Origin: an uncultured Pelagibacteraceae bacterium
GTDB lineage: Bacteria > Pseudomonadota > Alphaproteobacteria > Pelagibacterales > AG-422-B15
NCBI GenBank assembly: GCA_902610585.1
Contig: CACLWE010000006.1
Coordinates: 9,378 to 73,377, forward strand
Reading direction: 5' to 3'
Length of the DNA: 64,000 nucleotides
Of the stretch, positions 59,640 to 64,000 are shown piece by piece. Position 1 is the first letter of the stretch. Every line of letters starts with the position of its first letter. The notes beneath the pieces are model-generated. The model made no database searches and was not told where the DNA came from. It saw nothing but the letters and a program-made list of their open reading frames with translations. The translations under genes were made by a program, and so were the position numbers.

Positions 59640-61430
59640 TTAATTGCCCAGTGCAATTCCCTCACGTCTTGGGTCTGAGCCTCCATAAATTTCAGTATCA
59701 ATATATATTCCATTTAGGCCTGAATAGTATTTTCTTATTTTAGTATCGTATCCCATGGCCTTTAGAGAATTTTCAAGATTTGAAGAGTAAAGAGATTCTT
59801 CTATTTCAAATTTCCCCCATCTATTAATAGCGTGAGGATGAGAGACTGCCTCTTGAATATTCATATCCCATTCGAGTAATGCGATTATCGAATTGACTAC
59901 AAAGCTGATAATATTACTGCCACCTGGAGAGCCGATAATAATGATAGGCCTTCCATCTTTTAGCACTATTGTTGGTGCCATTGATGATCTTGGCCTTTTC
60001 CCGGGCTCTAATCTATTTGCTATCAGCTTGCCATCAATTCTTTCATTAAATGAAAAATCAGTAAGTTGATTATTAAGTAAAAAACCACTTTCCGTCATCA
60101 ATCTTGATCCGAATGCATTCTCAATTGACGATGTCATCGAGAGTGCGTTTCCATACTGATCATAAATTGAAATATGCGTTGTAGATTGCAGCTCTAATGA
60201 CTTGTCTATTCCGTAATTGTAAACAAAGTCGTTAGACGGTTTACCTGAGGTTACATTTTCAGTTTTCGTTCCAACTTTAATTTTATTTGACCTTTCAATC
60301 AGATAATTGTCATTTAAAAGACCAGACAAAGGTACACTGACATAATCACTATCTGCCAAGTATCGATCGCGATCAGCAAATGCAAGACGAGTCGCATCTC
60401 CAATTATTTGCCATGTTATAGGATTTGAATAGCCCAGAGACTGAAGATCATAAGGCTCTAAAATTTTCAATATTTGCGCGACTGCTACTCCTCCAGACGA
60501 TGGTGGGCCCATGCCACATATTTTGTATACCTTATAGTTTACACAAACTGGATCTCTTTCTATTACATTGTAGTTGCCCAAATCTTCAGCTTCTAGAAAG
60601 CCAGGATTTTTGGTGTGATTTTTTACTGTGCTAATAATGTCCTGCGCAATTGATCCTTTATAGAAATCTTCAATGTTATTGTTAGCAATGTTTTGCATTG
60701 TGCTTGCATAAGCATAATTCTTCAATACCTGCTTGTGCTTTAAACTATTCCCATTTGGTAAAAAATATTCTTTCGTTTTATCTATTTTGCTAAGTCTATC
60801 TTTATCTCTTTCAATTGATGAGGATAATTTTTTTGAAACTTTAAAACCATTTTTACTTAGGAAAATTGCATCATCAAAGAGGTTTTCCCACTTTTGATTA
60901 CCCCATTTCTTTTGAGCATCAAACATTAATGCAAGAGTTCCAGGTGTACCAACCGATAGACCACCTATGACAGCATCAAAAAACTTCATTTTAGTTCCAT
61001 CACTTTTTAGAAATTGATTTGTAGTTGAGTTTTGTGGTGCAGTCTCACGACCATCTAAAGTAACTATTTTACCCGTTACACCGTCATACCATAACAAGAA
61101 ACTACCCCCACCAATTCCTGATGACTCAGGCTCGACTAAGCCTAACATAGATTGAGCTGCAACCATTGCATCTGCTGCTGTACCTCCAGATTGTAATATT
61201 TTTGCACCAGCAGCTGAAGCATAGGCGTTTGCCGTGACAATCATCCAGTTTTTACTTGAAACAGATTTTCCATTTTCTTTGAGATTGAGTGACTCTTGAA
61301 TTTCTAATCTATCAAGCTCTACTGAGACACCTTCAAATATTTCTGGAGAATTATCCTTAATATTATTGTCAGAATATGAATTTTTTAGTGAGAAAAATAA
61401 TATTAAAAATACAAGTAAAATTTTTTGCAT
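59640..61430 (-). CDS. ggt: gamma-glutamyltransferase (periplasmic, Ntn-hydrolase)
   Basis: Start taken at 61430 (MQKILLVFLILFFSLKNSYS signal peptide). Autoprocessing/nucleophile motif STTHISIYD. GSPGGSNII motif. Confidence 0.85.
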   Translation of the reverse strand: MQKILLVFLILFFSLKNSYSDNNIKDNSPEIFEGVSVELDRLEIQESLNLKENGKSVSSKNWMIVTANAYASAAGAKILQSGGTAADAMVAAQSMLGLVEPESSGIGGGSFLLWYDGVTGKIVTLDGRETAPQNSTTNQFLKSDGTKMKFFDAVIGGLSVGTPGTLALMFDAQKKWGNQKWENLFDDAIFLSKNGFKVSKKLSSSIERDKDRLSKIDKTKEYFLPNGNSLKHKQVLKNYAYASTMQNIANNNIEDFYKGSIAQDIISTVKNHTKNPGFLEAEDLGNYNVIERDPVCVNYKVYKICGMGPPSSGGVAVAQILKILEPYDLQSLGYSNPITWQIIGDATRLAFADRDRYLADSDYVSVPLSGLLNDNYLIERSNKIKVGTKTENVTSGKPSNDFVYNYGIDKSLELQSTTHISIYDQYGNALSMTSSIENAFGSRLMTESGFLLNNQLTDFSFNERIDGKLIANRLEPGKRPRSSMAPTIVLKDGRPIIIIGSPGGSNIISFVVNSIIALLEWDMNIQEAVSHPHAINRWGKFEIEESLYSSNLENSLKAMGYDTKIRKYYSGLNGIYIDTEIYGGSDPRREGIALGN

Positions 61431-61471
61431 AAAAACCAGATCATCATACCAGTGCAATAAATGTTTAGGTG

Positions 61472-61636
61472 TTATAAGCCTCCAGTGATGAGACCAACCA
61501 TTCCAAGTACAAGCCATAAGATTAACATTGTTCTTTCATTAAATGCTCTTGTACTCTCAATTTTCTTCGCCTGCTTATAAATCACCATAGATAAAAGCAT
61601 TACCAAGACCAGAAGGTATATAATTGTAAATATCAT
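61472..61636 (-). CDS. possible 54-aa two-TM small membrane protein (MIFTIIYLLVLVMLLSMVIYKQAKKIESTRAFNERTMLILWLVLGMVGLITGGL)
   Basis: Hand-translated ORF 41 nt upstream of ggt. Its 3' end is duplicated downstream of ggt with peptide-conserving substitutions, which argues that the reading frame is real. Confidence 0.45.
   Translation of the reverse strand: MIFTIIYLLVLVMLLSMVIYKQAKKIESTRAFNERTMLILWLVLGMVGLITGGL
61499..61521. repeat. direct repeat copy B (CATTCCAAGTACAAGCCATAAGA), upstream flank of ggt
   Basis: 23/23 identical to 59600..59622, 1899 bp away in the same orientation. Confidence 0.85.
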
Positions 61637-61682
61637 GTGATTTATAGTATCAATTCGACGTTGGAAGTATATAAATTAAAAC

Positions 61683-62885
61683 ATGCAGTTATTTAGACAT
61701 TCTTATTCAACATTAGTGATTATTGGAGGCTGCATACTCTTGCTTGTCTCATTCGGTATAAGGCATTCTTCTGGACTTTATTTGATCCCAATTTCTGAAC
61801 ATATACAAACTGGTAGAGAAGTATTTGGGTTTGCCATTGCAATACAATTTCTTATGATTGGCATCGGATCACCAATTTTTGGCGCTATAGCAGATAAATA
61901 TAGTTCATCGGTAGCGGGCCTATTAGGAGTAATTTTCTTTTTAATCGGACTTTACTTAATGTCACTTGTTGAAGGTTCAATACTTCTTATCGTTTCACAA
62001 ATAATTTTTGGATTTGGATGCGCTGGATGTGGTACTGCTGTAATATTAGGGGCTGTTGGTAAAGCTGTAACAGGTAAATATCAAACATTATCTCTAGGTG
62101 TTGTAATGGCTGCAGGTTCGCTGGGTCAATTTTTAATTGTTCCTCTTACAGGCTTCTTAATAGAAATGAGTGATTGGCAAAGATCAATCTTATATCTTTG
62201 TTTTATTTCACTTATCATGATTTTATTCTCACTAGTATTAACAAAGTATTCATCCAAAAGTGGAATAAATGATGAAGTTAATAGAACTTTAGCATCTGTT
62301 TTAAATGAAGCCTTTGCAAATAAGAGCTATGTCTTACTGACAATTGGTTTTTTTGTTTGTGGTTTTCATATTTCTTTTATAGCAACTCATCTACCCGCAT
62401 ACCTCGATGATTTATCTTTGCCCATGTGGATCGGTTCCTGGTCTTTAGCACTAATCGGATTATTTAATGTAATAGGCACACTTGTTTTTGGTCATTTAGG
62501 TGACCTAAGGTCTAAAAAAAATCTGTTGGTAATATTGTATACTCTACGTGCCCTACTGTTTTTAATTTTTATCTTTTTGCCAAAAACTGAAATAACAGTT
62601 TTAATTTTTGCATCACTTCTTGGAATTCTATGGCTATCTACAGTGCCTCTTACCAGTGGAATAATATCAGTTATTTTTGGATCAAAATATATGTCTATGC
62701 TGTATGGTTTTACTTTCTTATCTCACCAAGTCGGTTCGTTTGTTGGATCATGGTTTGGAGGCAGGTTTTATGATTATTATGGTTCTTATGATATTATGTG
62801 GTGGGCTTGTGTGATTTTAGGGTTTGCTTCTGCAGTAGTTCATTTTCCAATTAAAGAAACACCACTAGTCAAAATGGCAAATTAA
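61683..62885 (+). CDS. MFS transporter
   Basis: 400 aa with about 12 hydrophobic segments and a central loop. MFS-like GxxxDKxxxR-type loop (GAIADKYSS). Confidence 0.8.
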   Translation: MQLFRHSYSTLVIIGGCILLLVSFGIRHSSGLYLIPISEHIQTGREVFGFAIAIQFLMIGIGSPIFGAIADKYSSSVAGLLGVIFFLIGLYLMSLVEGSILLIVSQIIFGFGCAGCGTAVILGAVGKAVTGKYQTLSLGVVMAAGSLGQFLIVPLTGFLIEMSDWQRSILYLCFISLIMILFSLVLTKYSSKSGINDEVNRTLASVLNEAFANKSYVLLTIGFFVCGFHISFIATHLPAYLDDLSLPMWIGSWSLALIGLFNVIGTLVFGHLGDLRSKKNLLVILYTLRALLFLIFIFLPKTEITVLIFASLLGILWLSTVPLTSGIISVIFGSKYMSMLYGFTFLSHQVGSFVGSWFGGRFYDYYGSYDIMWWACVILGFASAVVHFPIKETPLVKMAN

Positions 62886-62953
62886 ATCAGTAGTTTAATT
62901 GTTTGAACAAATATAAAAAAACTTATATTTGAATTGTTTTTTTAGATAACTAA

Positions 62954-63187
62954 TTGAATATTGTGCCTAAGAGTTCAAAAAAAAGATCATTGGTAAAAGC
63001 CCTTACCTGGAGAGTAACTGCAACAGCAGACACATTCTTAATCAGTTACCTAGTAATTTTAAAATCAGATTTTTCAGTTCTTGAAACTGCTGGTTTAATT
63101 GCTGCACTGGAAGTAATTACAAAGGTAACTATTTATTATTTTCATGAAAGAATATGGAATTCTTTATCTTGGGGTATAGAATCTTAA
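62954..63187 (+). CDS. DUF2061-like small membrane protein
   Basis: KALTWRVTATADTFLISYLV... pattern and two TM segments. The TTG start is uncertain; the GTG at 62963 is an alternative. Confidence 0.55.
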   Translation: MNIVPKSSKKRSLVKALTWRVTATADTFLISYLVILKSDFSVLETAGLIAALEVITKVTIYYFHERIWNSLSWGIES

Positions 63188-63231
63188 TTAAGTATTTTTA
63201 ATTATATACTGATTCTTATAGTAAAAACTAT

Positions 63232-63248
63232 TTATCCACTTATCCACA
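63232..63248 (+). promoter_or_regulatory. two overlapping tandem DnaA-box-like 9-mers (TTATCCACT, TTATCCACA)
   Basis: The sequence TTATCCACTTATCCACA was read directly. The second 9-mer equals the E. coli-type consensus TTATCCACA. Confidence 0.3.
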
Positions 63249-63315
63249 TCGTATAAGGAGTTTTTTTTATAAAACTTATTTAAAATATTTTTTCTATTTG
63301 CTATCCTTTTCATAT

Positions 63316-63422
63316 CGGACGAACAAAGAACGAAAGCCCTTCGGGGAGTTTGTCGGCGGGAGGCCGAGTTTCGGGGCGGAATGGAGACCTTTAGGGGTTT
63401 GTGTTGCGCCCCGTTTTTTTTT
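63316..63422 (+). ncRNA. GC-rich structured element (candidate riboswitch, attenuator leader or sRNA) ending in an intrinsic terminator, upstream of the LysE-family gene
   Basis: By hand count about 60 of 98 nt are G+C, in a roughly 30 percent GC context. Hairpin CCC-UUCG-GGG (63337-63346) is enclosed by ACAAA/UUUGU (63323-27/63349-53). Hairpin CCGA-GUU-UCGG spans 63364-63374. Three GGGG runs compete for a single CCCC. Confidence 0.5.
63373..63422 (+). terminator. intrinsic terminator-like structure: GGGGCG (63373-63378) pairs with CGCCCC (63407-63412), followed by nine U (63414-63422)
   Basis: Read directly. The 6-bp G/C stem has a large (28-nt) loop, and a shorter alternative stem uses GGGG at 63394-63397. 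The U9 tract lies 29 nt before the downstream ATG. Confidence 0.5.
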
Positions 63423-63450
63423 GCTCCCTTAAATACTACTGCTCGTTCTT

Positions 63451-64000
63451 ATGATCTTTGATTTCTCATTACTTTACTTTTTCATACCAGTTTTTTTCAT
63501 AATATCCATTACTCCAGGTTTATGCATGACACTTGCTTTAACAATGGGAATTACAATAGGTGTAAAAAATACAATGAAAATGATGGTTGGAGAATTAATA
63601 GGAGTTTTAATTGTAGCAGGTACAGCGGTGGTAGGAGGTGGAGCGATCATCTCATCTTTTCCAATTGCATTTGCAGTTTTCAAATATGGAGGAGGTCTTT
63701 ATTTGATGTTTGTTGGTTATCAGATGATTAACTCAAGAGGATCGCTAGCATTAAATTTGGATGGTTCACATTCATTTGAAATAAATTTTTTTAAGTTAGC
63801 AATGCAAGGTTTTATAACTGCTGTTGCGAATCCAAAAGGTTGGGCATTTTTTATTGCCATGGTACCTGCATTTATTAATTACGATGCAAATTTAATTCCA
63901 CAAATGTCAGCACTCGTAATAATTATTCTTATAATTGAGTTTATTTCACTTATGATTTACGCAACTGGAGGTCAAGCTTTAGGTATTGTGTTAAAAAAAC
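63451..64000 (+). CDS. LysE/RhtB-family amino-acid exporter (3' end outside the window)
   Basis: Hand translation from the ATG at 63451: MIFDFSLLYFFIPVFFIISITPGLCMTLALTMG...AVANPKGWAFF... matches LysE-family signatures. The frame is open to the window end, which is why it is absent from the ORF track. Confidence 0.8.
   Translation, partial: MIFDFSLLYFFIPVFFIISITPGLCMTLALTMGITIGVKNTMKMMVGELIGVLIVAGTAVVGGGAIISSFPIAFAVFKYGGGLYLMFVGYQMINSRGSLALNLDGSHSFEINFFKLAMQGFITAVANPKGWAFFIAMVPAFINYDANLIPQMSALVIIILIIEFISLMIYATGGQALGIVLKK

Noticed and set aside
61431-61517. The 29-residue N-terminal extension of ggt (MACTWNGWSHHWRLITPKHLLHWYDDLVF).
   Set aside because: It reads the 3' end of the small membrane-protein gene and the direct repeat in a different frame. 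The ATG at 61430 gives a canonical signal peptide.
58414-63187. A tRNA-Ser-anchored genomic island carrying acdS, ggt, MFS and DUF2061 genes.
   Set aside because: I found no integrase, no direct repeat of the tRNA 3' end downstream, and no compositional break. Only the local ggt-flanking repeat is supported, and it is reported separately.
63188-63450. The chromosomal replication origin (AT-rich intergenic region with DnaA boxes).
   Set aside because: Only two overlapping boxes are present. There is no cluster of additional boxes, no recognisable DNA-unwinding-element repeats, and no origin-linked genes nearby. It is kept only as a possible regulatory site.
63474-63731. ORF-track entries 63474..63683 (-) and 63522..63731 (+).
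   Set aside because: The frame starting at the ATG at 63451 (+) encodes a clear LysE-family protein running off the window end. The two listed ORFs are alternative-frame artefacts.
1-64000. CRISPR arrays, insertion sequences, prophage genes, toxin-antitoxin pairs, rRNA operons.
   Set aside because: None was seen. There are no regularly spaced repeats, no transposase, integrase or phage structural motifs in any ORF, and no rRNA-like GC-rich long non-coding stretch.

Overview
This is a 64-kb window from a very AT-rich, tightly packed bacterial chromosome. Many genes overlap by 1-8 nt (ATGA or TAATG junctions), and tRNAs abut neighbouring stop codons. The gene content and synteny are alphaproteobacterial: trxA/folC-accD-trpABF-pyrF-ihfB-rpsA-cmk-aroA, kdsD-lptCAB, gltD-gltB, and thrS-infC-rpmI-rplT-pheST-lepA. 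I infer a streamlined marine Pelagibacterales (SAR11)-like genome; this is not proven. I support about 62 protein-coding genes and 2 tRNAs (Ala-GGC, Ser-GGA). I saw no rRNA, CRISPR, transposase, integrase, prophage or obvious pseudogene.

The left 16 kb is an accessory-looking nitrogen-compound catabolic island. It holds a CrtI-like FAD oxidoreductase, a GcvT-like aminomethyltransferase, a class-III aminotransferase and a Rieske oxygenase. It also holds a PuuB-like FAD oxidase, a Pot-type ABC importer, an amidase and a Rieske-less oxygenase paralog. A GS-like ligase, an AlaX-like hydrolase and a crotonase complete it. The rest of the window is mostly core housekeeping.

The most interesting observations:
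1. An approximately 100-nt island of about 60 percent GC, with alternative GGGG/CCCC pairings and a U9 intrinsic terminator, lies directly upstream of a LysE-family exporter. It is a candidate riboswitch, attenuator or sRNA.
2. ggt is bracketed by a 23-bp perfect direct repeat. The repeat sits inside an approximately 57-bp duplication that conserves the encoded hydrophobic peptide through synonymous changes.
3. A paralog of the Rieske oxygenase has lost both Cys-His cluster-ligand pairs. It heads an operon with a GS-like enzyme, an AlaX-type tRNA-editing-domain protein and a crotonase.
4. A translationally coupled SNase / Cys-rich small protein / ExoI / RmuC nuclease string.

All functional calls come from motif and family recognition by eye. 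No database search was run.
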